DNA of 64,000 nucleotides from an uncultured Candidatus Rokubacteria bacterium. Lineage in GTDB: Bacteria; Methylomirabilota; Methylomirabilia; Rokubacteriales; DASRDR01. Positions 1-9,446 of this stretch are shown one piece after another. Position numbers and translations under genes: made by a program. Numbering within the stretch: the first letter of the stretch is position 1; every line of letters begins with the position of its first letter. The stretch covers positions 416,001 to 480,000 of the forward strand of contig CAWGVS010000012.1 in the NCBI GenBank assembly GCA_963826115.1, written 5' to 3'. Under the pieces are notes generated by a model. That model saw only the letters and a program-made list of their open reading frames with translations, ran no database searches and had not been told where the DNA came from.

Positions 1-211
1 GGCGGCGGCCTTGACGGCCCGCCGCGCGCCTCCTGGTGAAAGCGAAGGCGGCTTCCTTGGCAGGCTAGGAACGGCCAGGAATCGATGATTCATACGTCCT
101 AGAAACAAAGCCCTAGCGGGCGGTCAGGTCCGTGTCGCGCACGGTCGCCTCCCCCTCCGATCCGCAGCACGTTCCCACGATCTCGTACCCCGATGTGCAG
201 GGATCCGGCTG

Positions 212-640
212 TTACGACCAGTCCCCGGGGCGGGCGCGCAGGCGCTTGACGCCACCGCGCTGCTTCTTGCCCGCGATCCGCCGTTCGCGGGACGTTCGCG
301 TCGGTCGAGTGGCGCGGCGCGGCGTCGGTCGGACCAGGGCGGCAGCGATCAGTTCGCGCACCTTGGCGCGGGCGTCCTCGACATTCAGGGACTGCGTCCG
401 GGTGAGCTGGCTGGTCACCACCAGGCGGCCGTCGGCGTCAAGGCGATTGGCCACGAGGTCATGGAGGCGGCGCCGGGCCGACTCGGCCAACCCCTCGATC
501 GCCGCCAGCTCGACCCGCAGTTCGATCTTCGTCGCGACCTTGTTCACGTTCTGGCCGCCGGGACCGGATGCCCGACTGGCGCGAACCGTGATCGCGCTCT
601 CTGGAACCCGAACGGTCTCGCTCACGACGATCGCGCTCAC
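212..640 (-). CDS. arfB: Alternative ribosome-rescue aminoacyl-tRNA hydrolase ArfB (YaeJ)
   Basis: SGPGGQNVNKV (GGQ) motif, R-T-Q-x-x-N segment and basic C-tail RRATRPTRTSRERRIAGKKQRG; GTG start at 640 overlaps the upstream stop (GTGA). Confidence 0.93.
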   Translation of the reverse strand: MSAIVVSETVRVPESAITVRASRASGPGGQNVNKVATKIELRVELAAIEGLAESARRRLHDLVANRLDADGRLVVTSQLTRTQSLNVEDARAKVRELIAAALVRPTPRRATRPTRTSRERRIAGKKQRGGVKRLRARPGDWS

Positions 641-819
641 GCGTCGTACTCCTGGGTGACCTGGAGTTCCACGACGTCGCCCTCCTGGCCGACGACCAGC
701 GTGATGAGGTTCGGTCGACAGCAGACCGCGCAGTCCTCCGTAAAACGCTGTCGACGCCCTCCGCTCACGTCGACGAGGACCTCGTTCTCCTCGCCGCAGA
801 ACGCGCACTCGTACGTCAC
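637..819 (-). CDS. CPXCG-motif cysteine-rich (Zn-ribbon) small protein
   Basis: YECAFCGEEN...FTEDCAVCCRPN pattern; start uncertain (GTG 819 or further upstream). Confidence 0.8.
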   Translation of the reverse strand: MTYECAFCGEENEVLVDVSGGRRQRFTEDCAVCCRPNLITLVVGQEGDVVELQVTQEYDA

Positions 820-1464
820 GATGCCCCGTCGGCGTGGAGCACGATCAGCGCAGCCCTGCGTTCGCGGGCAGCCAGCCGAACCGGGATCCAGCCGTCGCCT
901 CTTCGTCGCCATCGTGGGTGGATGAGGCATCCCGAGGTGTTCCAGGTGTCGGACACCGTAAGGCAGCAGGATTCGAGCGATCCTCCGGTGGCGGCTCCAA
1001 CGGGCGTCGAATCCGCGCTCTGGCCGCGCGAGGGCGGGGGCGGGGTCCGCAGTCGCCGGCACTTACGGCGTGGTTGCCACCGCCGGTGGCCTTCCGAGTG
1101 AACAGCGGGCGCGGCGCGAAGAGCGACCGCCCTGCCCCGAGTTCTCGGCGTCTCATCATGGGCCACCTGTTGATCTGAACCAGTGTGCCATGCGCGCCTA
1201 CTCTCCCGCGGGCGCACCGTCCCCGGTCTTCAGATCCGCGCTCGCGAACGTGTCGGACGAGTGCCCACCATAGCGGGGAGACGGCGGAAGCCCAACGAGG
1301 AGCCGCTCGTCCAAGCCATGCGGTCCCTCGTCGTGGTACAACAGGTCGAGGTCGTGGCGCGGCACGTTCGCGTCGGCGGTCGAGGCGTGCAAGGCGCGCG
1401 CGAGCAGCATGGAGTCTCCCTCGGGAGACGGCGCACGCTATCCTGGAAACCCCGGAGCACTACC

Positions 1465-2832
1465 ATGTCATCCCCCACCGAAGCCCCGCGCCCCAAGGCC
1501 GTGCTCGTCGGCGTGCAGCTTCCAGGCGTCACCGACGCGGAACACCGGTCGTCGCTGATGGAGCTCAAGCGCCTGTGCAAGACGCTCGGCTTCGAGGTCG
1601 TCGGCGAGGTGACGCAGAAGCGCAAGGGCCTCGGCGCTGCCGCGCTGCTCGGCGAGGGCAAGCTCGTGGAGCTGGCCGCCTGGACCGGCGGCACGGGCGT
1701 CGTCCCCACGGGACCCCCCGGCAAGAAGAAAGTGACCAGAGAAGACGAAGAGGAGGACGAGACCGAGCCGCTCCACCTCGACACGCCGCCCGCGCCCGCC
1801 GGGGAGCCGCGCGCCACCGTCGTCGTCATCGACCACGAGCTGTCGCCTCGCCAGCTCCGCCACATCGAGCGCGCGACCTCGGCCGCGGCGGTCCTCGATC
1901 GGACAGGCGTGATCATCGAGATCTTCCACCGGCACGCGTCGAGCCGACCGGCGCGCCTGCAGGTCGAGATCGCGCGGCTCACGTATGTGGCCCCCCGATT
2001 GCGCGAGACCGGCGGCGGCGAGCGCCAGCGCGGCGGCATCGGGCAGAGGGGCGCGGGGGAGTCCTCCGTGGAGCTCGATCGCCGCAAGATCCGCGACCGC
2101 ATCTCCGAGCTCAAGACGGAGCTGGCCGCCATCGACGACGAGTCGAAGACGCGGCGGGCGAGGCGTCAGGAAGCGCTGCGCGTCGCGCTGGTCGGGTACA
2201 CCAACGCGGGCAAGTCGTCGCTGATGCGCGCCCTCACCGGCTCGCAGGTGCTCGTCGCCGACAAGCTGTTCGCGACCCTCGACACCACCGTCCGCGCGCT
2301 GTGGCCCGAGGCTCGGCCGCGCATCTTGGTGTCGGACACCGTGGGTTTCATCAAGAAGCTTCCGCACGACCTCGTCGCCAGCTTCCGCTCGACGCTCGAC
2401 GAGGCGCTCGAAGCGTCGCTGCTGCTCCAGATCGTCGATGCGGCCGACCCGGTCTTCCGCGCTCAGCTGCAGGTCACCCGCGAGGTGCTGGACGAGATCG
2501 GCGCCGGCGACGTGCCGTGGATCCTCGTCCTCAACAAGATCGACAAGGTCACCCAGACCGATCGGGAGGAGCTGTTGAAGGAGTTCCCGGCCGCGCTGCT
2601 CGTCTCGGCCAAGGACCCGGCGGATGTCGGGCGCGTGCGGGACGCGATCATCGGGGCCTTCGAGGCGAACATGACCGAGGTCGAGCTCGTCGTCCCGTAC
2701 AGCGCAGGCAGCGCGATCGGCGAAATCCACAAGGTCCACGTGATCTCGGAGTCCTTCGAAGGGGACGGCGTGCGCTACCGAGTGAGGGCCACCGACGCCG
2801 CCATCGAGCGGATACGAGCGATGCTGCGCTAG
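1465..2832 (+). CDS. hflX: Ribosome-splitting GTPase HflX
   Basis: G1 GYTNAGKS, G2 FATLDT, G3 DTVG, G4 NKID; N-domain IIEIFHRHA...LQVEIARL; ATG 1465 after GGAG. Confidence 0.95.
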   Translation: MSSPTEAPRPKAVLVGVQLPGVTDAEHRSSLMELKRLCKTLGFEVVGEVTQKRKGLGAAALLGEGKLVELAAWTGGTGVVPTGPPGKKKVTREDEEEDETEPLHLDTPPAPAGEPRATVVVIDHELSPRQLRHIERATSAAAVLDRTGVIIEIFHRHASSRPARLQVEIARLTYVAPRLRETGGGERQRGGIGQRGAGESSVELDRRKIRDRISELKTELAAIDDESKTRRARRQEALRVALVGYTNAGKSSLMRALTGSQVLVADKLFATLDTTVRALWPEARPRILVSDTVGFIKKLPHDLVASFRSTLDEALEASLLLQIVDAADPVFRAQLQVTREVLDEIGAGDVPWILVLNKIDKVTQTDREELLKEFPAALLVSAKDPADVGRVRDAIIGAFEANMTEVELVVPYSAGSAIGEIHKVHVISESFEGDGVRYRVRATDAAIERIRAMLR

Positions 2833-2982
2833 AAGGCGCGGTCGATGCTCGGCTGTCACTCTTGCTGGTTGACAAGCGGATCGCGTCCGCCAATGAGCGG
2901 CACGCTCTCCTGCAATCGGGTCACGATCCCATGCCGGGATCACTCAGCCACCGTGTAACATAGGCCTCGACAAGGAGTGTGG

Positions 2983-3258
2983 ATGCCAACCCTCAAGGAG
3001 ATCCAGAAGTTCGTTCAGCGTCACCACGGATTCATCCCGAAGCCCGAGTGGATCAATCATGTCAAGGTGGTCTGGGGTCTGCCGACGCGCCAAGCGCCGA
3101 ACCGCGCCGGGCGAGGTCGTCGGGTCGTGCCATTGCCACCCGACAAGCGTGAGGCGATCGAACAGGCCCTTCGGCACTTCGGTGTGACGCCCTCACCAGC
3201 CGGCGCCCCACGTCAACGCACCAAAACCGATTCACGTCCAACTGAGAGGAGGCGGTGA
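2983..3258 (+). CDS. Small basic protein resembling the stand-alone C-terminal tail domain of RlmD/RumA-type RNA methyltransferases
   Basis: AAGGAG RBS at 2972-2977; pattern T-x-KEIQ-x-FV...WI-x-HVK...G...APNR...PPDKREAIEQALRHFG, recalled from that family. Confidence 0.6.
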   Translation: MPTLKEIQKFVQRHHGFIPKPEWINHVKVVWGLPTRQAPNRAGRGRRVVPLPPDKREAIEQALRHFGVTPSPAGAPRQRTKTDSRPTERRR

Positions 3259-3359
3259 TGCCCGCCACCAAACGCGCGCCGAGGCGCCGGAAGACCGCAC
3301 GCAAGCGGGCCGCCCTGAAGAAGAAGGAGCAGAAGCGCCGCGCGCGCGCCAACGGCTGA
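3258..3359 (+). CDS. 33-aa Lys/Arg-rich peptide MPATKRAPRRRKTARKRAALKKKEQKRRARANG (below the ORF-track cutoff)
   Basis: GAGAGGAGG RBS at 3244-3252, ATG overlapping the upstream TGA, GC-ending codons, stop at 3357-3359. Confidence 0.65.
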   Translation: MPATKRAPRRRKTARKRAALKKKEQKRRARANG

Positions 3360-3588
3360 GCGTGCCCCCGAGAGCCGGCTCCATCCTGCGGCCGCCGTAG
3401 GCGAGGCTCCCCTGGGGACATTCGTCAACTTCGCCCGTACCTGACGGATCCGGCTCGATCAGCCGGGTCACCATCGTCTTCGGCGCGGTGACCCGCTGAC
3501 TAGCCCCTTGAGCGTCCGCGGTCTACCAGCCGTACCTGGGCGCTCGCCCATGAAACCTTGGGCCGGCCCCGGGCGGGGCCCGCCCGGG

Positions 3589-4803
3589 CTACGCCATGCC
3601 GGACATCCCGCCGCCGTTGCCGGAACCGCCCGGCCGCGGCTCGCGCTCGCCCAGGCTCTCCAGCACCCACTGGTTGAACTGGTGGCACCCGTGCTCCTGC
3701 GGGACGAAGTTGCCGTGCGCGAGCGGGCGGGCGTGGAGGCCCTCCTGCTGCCACTCGCAGTTCCGCGCGTCCTGGCGGTTCGTGAGGTCCCACAGCGCGA
3801 CGTAGTGCTCGAGGTCGAACTCCGGGAGCTGCATGGCCTCGGGCTCGAAGAGCCAGTCGTAGATCATCCGCACGCTCTCGGGCCCGGTCGCCAGCATCTG
3901 GTGCGAGTTGACGTAGTCCGGGTGGACGTTCAGGAAGAAGTTCGGCCGGAACGTCGCCGACTGGTAGAGGTTCACCCGCTCCTCGTCCGAGAGGCCCCGG
4001 AACGGCGGAATGCGGGCCGTCCCGTCCATGGTGAGCGTCGCGGCGCCGGGCTTGTAGCGGGGCCGCGCCGACGCGAGCGGGTTGCCCGCCGCGTCGGTGC
4101 GGAGGCCCCACGCCCCGGCGTCCCAGAAGAGCGACGCGATCTCGCAGAGCTCCGGGTGGACCGGCGGGCAATGGAAGCACTCCGAGAAGTTCTCGAAGAG
4201 GAGCTTCCAGTTGGCCTTCACGTCCATGACGATCCGCTTCCCGATCCGGAGGTCCGCGAAGCCGTAGTTCCGGAACCGCTCCGGCAGGTCGCCGAGGGCC
4301 TCGTGTAGCGGCCCGGCCTGGTCCCCCGCGAGGTTCACGAAGATGAAGCCGCCCCAGGTCCCGAGGGCCACCTTGAAGAGGGAGTAGCCCGCCTTGTCGA
4401 AGTCCGGGCTCTCCATCTGCCGCGGCGTCCCGATGAGCTCCCCGTCGAGGCTGTAGGTCCACGTGTGATAGGGACACACGATGCTCCGGCCCGGGAGGCG
4501 GCCCTGTTCCTCGGTGCAGAGGATCGAGCCCCGGTGGCGGCACGTGTTGTGGAACGCGTGGAGCCGGCCCTCGAGATCGCGGACGACGACGACGCTCTGG
4601 GTCCCGATCCGGACGACCTTGTAGTCCCGCGGCGCGGGGATCTCCTCCTCGCGCCCGGCCATCACCCACATGCCGTACCAGAAGACCTCGAGCTCGCGCT
4701 CGTAGTGCTGGGGATCGTAGTAGTAGCGGGCGGGGATGCTGGGCTCGAGCTGGTTGAGCGCCGCCCGCCGCTGATGGTAGGTCGAGGCCTGCGACCCCTG
4801 CAT
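3589..4803 (-). CDS. Rieske non-heme iron oxygenase alpha subunit (GbcA/choline-monooxygenase-like)
   Basis: CRHRG...CPYHTW Rieske motif; ECFHCPPVH and QD mononuclear-Fe ligands. Confidence 0.9.
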   Translation of the reverse strand: MQGSQASTYHQRRAALNQLEPSIPARYYYDPQHYERELEVFWYGMWVMAGREEEIPAPRDYKVVRIGTQSVVVVRDLEGRLHAFHNTCRHRGSILCTEEQGRLPGRSIVCPYHTWTYSLDGELIGTPRQMESPDFDKAGYSLFKVALGTWGGFIFVNLAGDQAGPLHEALGDLPERFRNYGFADLRIGKRIVMDVKANWKLLFENFSECFHCPPVHPELCEIASLFWDAGAWGLRTDAAGNPLASARPRYKPGAATLTMDGTARIPPFRGLSDEERVNLYQSATFRPNFFLNVHPDYVNSHQMLATGPESVRMIYDWLFEPEAMQLPEFDLEHYVALWDLTNRQDARNCEWQQEGLHARPLAHGNFVPQEHGCHQFNQWVLESLGEREPRPGGSGNGGGMSGMA

Positions 4804-5037
4804 AGGTCCTCCCGGGTTCCCGCGTCCGACGGCGCGCCCCGGGCCGGACCACCCGGCCGGGCCGCTCGCTGGCCTGCCTATTGTACGCGCGACCCGGCCC
4901 CGGCGCGCCGGGACGCGGTGCGGCCGGCGCGGGCATCGCCCGCGGGGGCCGGCGGCTGGTGCCGCAATCCGCCGTGGGGTATCGTCGGCGAGTCCGGCGT
5001 GGTGGCCGGCACATCACCGCAGGGAGACGAGGGCGCC

Positions 5038-6048
5038 ATGTCGACGGAGCGGTCGCACAACTGGGAGGTGTCCGAACGGGCCGCCGAGCTCCACCGCTCG
5101 GCGCTCGTGTGGGACGATCACGGCGGGTTCGCCTACAGCACGGGCTCGGCCCTCCGGGACCTCGAGCGCTGGCGCACCTCGGGCATCGACTACCTCTCGA
5201 TCAACGTGGGCTACGACGTAATGCCGTGGACCCTCGCCGTCGAGGCGGTGTCGCAGGACCGCCAGTGGATTCGCGAGCACCCGGAAACCTTCATCCAGGT
5301 GCGGACGACCGAGGACGTGCAGCGCGCCAAGCGCGAGGGCAAGCTCGCCGTGTCCTTCGACCTCGAAGGGATGGATGCGCTGAACGGCGACCTCGGCATG
5401 GTGGACGTCTACTACCGGCTCGGCGTCCGCCAGATGCTGTTCGCCTACAACCGGAACAACAAGGCGGGCGGGGGCTGCCACGACGAGGACGTCGGGCTCA
5501 CCCCGTTCGGCCGCGACGTCATCCGCGAGATGAACCGGGTCGGGATGCTCGTCGACGGGTCCCACTGCGGGTACCGGACGACCATGGAGGCCATGGAGCT
5601 GTCCACGGCGCCCTGTATCTTCTCGCACTCGAACGCGCGGCGCCTCTGCGACCACGAGCGGAACATCCGCGATGACCAGATCAAGGCCTGCGCGGCCACC
5701 GGCGGCGTCATCGCGGTCACCGGCGTCGGCCGCTTCCTGGGGCCGAAGGGACCGGTCGTGGAGCACCTGGTCGAGCACGTCGACTACATGGTCGAGCTCG
5801 TCGGGCCGGACCACGTCGGCCTCGGCATGGACAGCGTGCTGAAGCAGAAGCCTCCGGGCGCGCCCTTCACGGGAAGTCGCGCCTACTGGCCGGAGCGCCA
5901 GTACCCCGACAGCGGCACGGGCTACGTCGACCCCGAGGCCTGGCCCCGCATCACGCAGGCGCTCCTCGACCGCGGCTACGGCGAGGCGGCCGTCCTCGGC
6001 ATCCTCGGCGAGAACTTCCTCCGCGTCGCGACCCGCGTCTGGAAGTAA
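5038..6048 (+). CDS. Membrane dipeptidase-family (M19) amidohydrolase
   Basis: VWDDH, LEG, AYNRNN, GMLVDGSH, FSHSNA, HERNIRDDQI, GENFLRV motifs. Confidence 0.88.
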   Translation: MSTERSHNWEVSERAAELHRSALVWDDHGGFAYSTGSALRDLERWRTSGIDYLSINVGYDVMPWTLAVEAVSQDRQWIREHPETFIQVRTTEDVQRAKREGKLAVSFDLEGMDALNGDLGMVDVYYRLGVRQMLFAYNRNNKAGGGCHDEDVGLTPFGRDVIREMNRVGMLVDGSHCGYRTTMEAMELSTAPCIFSHSNARRLCDHERNIRDDQIKACAATGGVIAVTGVGRFLGPKGPVVEHLVEHVDYMVELVGPDHVGLGMDSVLKQKPPGAPFTGSRAYWPERQYPDSGTGYVDPEAWPRITQALLDRGYGEAAVLGILGENFLRVATRVWK

Positions 6049-6067
6049 CGCCGCGCCCGCGGCGGCG

Positions 6068-6994
6068 ATGAGGTATCTCCCGTTCGCGCCCCTCGGACGC
6101 GATCTCTCCCGGCTCGTTCTGGGCACGGCCGGGTACGAGCAGGCGCCACTCGACGTCGCCCTCGACGTCTTCGACGCCTACCGGGAGCTCGGCGGCAACG
6201 TCGTGGACACCGGGCGCGAGTACGGGAACGCGGAAGCCATCCTCGGCCGATGGCTCCGCGAGCGGCGCGTGGGCGACGAGATCGTCGTCCTGACGAAGGG
6301 CGCCCACCACGACAACGACACGGGGCGGAGGCGCGTCAACCCGCGCGAGATCACGGAGGACCTCGACGAGAGCCTCCGGACCCTCGGCCGCCCGACGATC
6401 GACATCTACTGTCTCCACCGTGACGACCCGAACGTGGCGGTGGGGCCGGTCCTCGAGACGCTCGGCGAGCACCAGCGATCGGGACGCGTTCGCGTGCTCG
6501 GCGCCTCCAACTGGTCGACGGCGCGACTCGAGGAAGCGGGCCGGTACGCCGCCGACCACGGCCTCGACGGCTTTCGGTGCTCGAGCCCCGGCCTGAGCCT
6601 CGCCGCGCCCCGGGAGGCGCCCTGGCTCGACGCCGTCACGATTCACGAGCGGGCGGCCGGCGCGTGGTATGCCACGCGCCAGCTCCCGGTGTTCGCGTGG
6701 GCGTCGCTCGCCGGCGGGTTCTTCGCCGGGATCCGGAGCCCCGACGTCCTGCGCGTCTACGACACCGCCGACAACCGCGAGCGCCTCCGCCGCGCGGAGG
6801 CCCTCGGCGCGCGGCGGGGCGCGACGGCGAGCCAGGTCGCCCTCGCCTGGGTCCTCCACCAGCCCTTCCCCACCTACGCCCTGATCGGGCCGCGGAGCGT
6901 GGCGGAGCTCCGCGAGAGCGCGGCCGCGCTCGACCTCGCGCTCACGCCCGACGAGTCGCGCTGGCTCGACCTGGAGCAGCCGGACGCCGGCTAG
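6068..6994 (+). CDS. Aldo/keto reductase
   Basis: LVLGT, DTGREYG, LTKG, IDIYCLHRDD, GASNW, QVALAWVL. Confidence 0.9.
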   Translation: MRYLPFAPLGRDLSRLVLGTAGYEQAPLDVALDVFDAYRELGGNVVDTGREYGNAEAILGRWLRERRVGDEIVVLTKGAHHDNDTGRRRVNPREITEDLDESLRTLGRPTIDIYCLHRDDPNVAVGPVLETLGEHQRSGRVRVLGASNWSTARLEEAGRYAADHGLDGFRCSSPGLSLAAPREAPWLDAVTIHERAAGAWYATRQLPVFAWASLAGGFFAGIRSPDVLRVYDTADNRERLRRAEALGARRGATASQVALAWVLHQPFPTYALIGPRSVAELRESAAALDLALTPDESRWLDLEQPDAG

Positions 6995-7041
6995 CGGCGC
7001 GGACCGAGACGGCCGGGCCCGGCTTGGCTCGGACGGGCCGA

Positions 7042-7266
7042 TCAGCCCTCGTACTTGAACGACACCTGCACGCGGGCGCGATAGGCGACGATCTTCCCGT
7101 TGTCGATCTTCACGTCGAGCTTCTGGACCTCCGCGATCCGGAGGTCGCGGAGGGACCGGGTGGCCGTCTCCACCGCGTTCTTGGTCGCGTCCTCCCACGA
7201 GCGCGGGCTGGTCCCGATGATATCGATGACTCGGTACACGCCCTCGCTGGATCCCTTCTTGGCCAT
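7042..7266 (-). CDS. Dodecin-family protein (calcium-dodecin/Rv0379-like; lacks the flavin-stacking Trp)
   Basis: VYRVIDIIGTSPRSWEDA...RDLRIAEV...YRARVQVSFKYE; GAGGAGG RBS. Confidence 0.85.
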   Translation of the reverse strand: MAKKGSSEGVYRVIDIIGTSPRSWEDATKNAVETATRSLRDLRIAEVQKLDVKIDNGKIVAYRARVQVSFKYEG

Positions 7267-7400
7267 CGTCATCCTCCTCGCTCCGCGCAACCCGCGGAAC
7301 GGCCACGGACCCCAGACCCCGGAGTGGTTCGCCGCCCCAGCATAGCGCCGGTGCCCGCCGGCCGTCAGGCGCGCGGACGCCGCCCGCGCTCGGGCGACGG

Positions 7401-7406
7401 TATAAT
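7401..7406 (+). promoter_or_regulatory. -10 element TATAAT, probably giving a leaderless mRNA
   Basis: Perfect TATAAT in a GC-rich context, 8 nt before GTG 7415, no SD. Confidence 0.6.
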
Positions 7407-7414
7407 CCGACCCC

Positions 7415-9430
7415 GTGACCACCGTGGCGGCGTATCCGCGCAGGATCGAGCGGCGTGATCCTGTCTGGATTCCCCTCCAGGACGGGACGCGGCTCGCGGC
7501 CCGCGTGTGGCTCCCCGTCGACGCCGAGACGAGCCCGGTGCCGGCGATCCTCGAGTACCTGCCTTACCGCCGGCGCGAGGGCACCGCCGAGCGGGACGCG
7601 CTCACGCATCCCTACGTCGCCGGCCATGGCTACGCCTGCGTGCGGGTCGACATGCGCGGGAGCGGCGACTCCGACGGCGTCCTCACCGACGAGTACCTCC
7701 CGCTCGAGCAGGACGACGCGGTGGAGGTCATCGCGTGGCTCGCCGCCCAGCCGTGGTGCACAGGGCGGGTCGGGATGATGGGCCACTCCTGGGGCGGCTT
7801 CAACGCCCTCCAGGTCGCCGCCCGGCGGCCCCCGGCGCTCCGGGCGATCATCACGTCGTGCTCGACCGACGACCGCTACGCGGACGACATCCACTACATG
7901 GGCGGGGCGCTCCTGCTCGACAACCTCCGCTGGGCGTCGACGATGTTCGCCCACAACTCGCGCCCGCCGGACCCGGCGGTCGTCGGCGACCGCTGGCGGG
8001 AGCTGTGGCTGGCCCGCCTCCGCGGGAGCGGCCTCTGGCTCGACACGTGGATCCGCCATCAGCGGCGCGACGCGTTCTGGCGGCAGGGCTCGGTGTGCGA
8101 GGACTTCGCGGCGATCGAGTGCTCGGTCTTCGCCGTCGGCGGATGGCTCGACGCCTACACGAACGCGGTCCCCCGGCTGATGCAAGGGCTCGCCGGGCCG
8201 CGCCAGGCGCTGATCGGCCAGTGGGCGCACCGCTATCCCCACATGGCGCTGCCCGGTCCCGCCGTCGGCTTCCTCCAGATTGCCCTCCGATGGTGGGATC
8301 GATGGTTGAAGGACCGCGCGCCGGCGCCCGACGGCGAGCCACCGCTCCGGATCTGGATGCAGGACAGCGTCCCCCCGGCGCCCCACCACGAGACCCTGCC
8401 GGGCCGCTGGGTCGGGGAGCGCGCGTGGCCCTCGGCGCGCATCACACCGCGACGCTACGTCCTCCACCGGGGGCGCCTCGCGCAGGAGCCCGGTCCCGAG
8501 GCGCCGCTCACGCACCGGTCGCCGGAGAGCGTGGGCGTCTACGCGGGGCGCTGGTGCCCCTATCAGCTCACCCCCGACCTGCCGCTCGACCAGCGGTTCG
8601 AGGATGGGGGCGCGCTGACGTTCGACACCGATCCCCTGCCGGAGCGGCTCGAGATCCTGGGCGCGCCGGTGGCCGATCTCGAGCTCGCCGTGGATCGCCC
8701 CGTGGCGCTCCTCGCCGCGCGCCTCTCCGACGTCGCGCCCGACGGCGCGGCCACGCGCGTCAGCTACGGTCTCCTGAACCTCACGCACCGGGAGAGCCAC
8801 GCGCACCCGACGCCGCTCGAGCCCGGCCGCCGCTACCGCGTGCGCCTCCAGCTCAACGACCTCGGCCAGGCCTTCCCCGCCGGGCACCGGGTCCGGCTCG
8901 CGCTGTCGACCGCCTACTGGCCCACCGCCTGGCCGGCGCCCGAGCCGGTGACGCTGACCCTCTACGCCGGCGCGAGCGCGCTGACGCTCCCCGTGCGCCC
9001 GCCGGACCCGGCCGACGCCGCGCTCCCGCCGCTGCCGCCGGTCGAGACGGCGCCGCCGCTCCCCGTGACGGCCTTCGAGCCGCCGCGCACCGAGCGCGTC
9101 GTCCACCACGACGCCCTCACCGGCGCGGTCACGCTCGACTGGGTCCAGGACAGCGGGCGCCATCGGTACGACGACATCGACCTCACGGTGCACTCCGTGG
9201 CGGCAGACCGCTTCACGATCCGGCCCGATGATCCCCTGTCCGCGCGGGCCGAGGTCGCCTGGACGGTGCGCCTCTCGCGCGGCGACTGGCGGGTGGAAAC
9301 CCGGACCCGGACGGTCCTGACGGCGACCCGGGACACCTTCGATCTCGTCGCGACGCTCGAGGCCCGCGAGGGCGACGCGCCGTTTCACGCGGAGCGCTGG
9401 GAGCGGTCGATCCCGCGCGACCTGGTCTGA
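7415..9430 (+). CDS. CocE/NonD-family (S15) serine hydrolase
   Basis: LEYLPYRR, VDMRGSGDSDG, nucleophile GHSWGG, GGWLDAYTN, IGQWAH; PepX_C-like C-domain. Confidence 0.92.
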   Translation: MTTVAAYPRRIERRDPVWIPLQDGTRLAARVWLPVDAETSPVPAILEYLPYRRREGTAERDALTHPYVAGHGYACVRVDMRGSGDSDGVLTDEYLPLEQDDAVEVIAWLAAQPWCTGRVGMMGHSWGGFNALQVAARRPPALRAIITSCSTDDRYADDIHYMGGALLLDNLRWASTMFAHNSRPPDPAVVGDRWRELWLARLRGSGLWLDTWIRHQRRDAFWRQGSVCEDFAAIECSVFAVGGWLDAYTNAVPRLMQGLAGPRQALIGQWAHRYPHMALPGPAVGFLQIALRWWDRWLKDRAPAPDGEPPLRIWMQDSVPPAPHHETLPGRWVGERAWPSARITPRRYVLHRGRLAQEPGPEAPLTHRSPESVGVYAGRWCPYQLTPDLPLDQRFEDGGALTFDTDPLPERLEILGAPVADLELAVDRPVALLAARLSDVAPDGAATRVSYGLLNLTHRESHAHPTPLEPGRRYRVRLQLNDLGQAFPAGHRVRLALSTAYWPTAWPAPEPVTLTLYAGASALTLPVRPPDPADAALPPLPPVETAPPLPVTAFEPPRTERVVHHDALTGAVTLDWVQDSGRHRYDDIDLTVHSVAADRFTIRPDDPLSARAEVAWTVRLSRGDWRVETRTRTVLTATRDTFDLVATLEAREGDAPFHAERWERSIPRDLV

Positions 9431-9446
9431 CGGCAGGAGGCACGGC

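Noticed and set aside
1198-1410. 70-aa minus-strand ORF with a GAGGGAG RBS
   Set aside because: No recognisable motif and the second half looks non-coding; at most a gene remnant
2897-2915. sigma54 promoter CGGCACGCTCTCCTGCA
   Set aside because: GG-to-GC spacing is 11 nt, not the required 10
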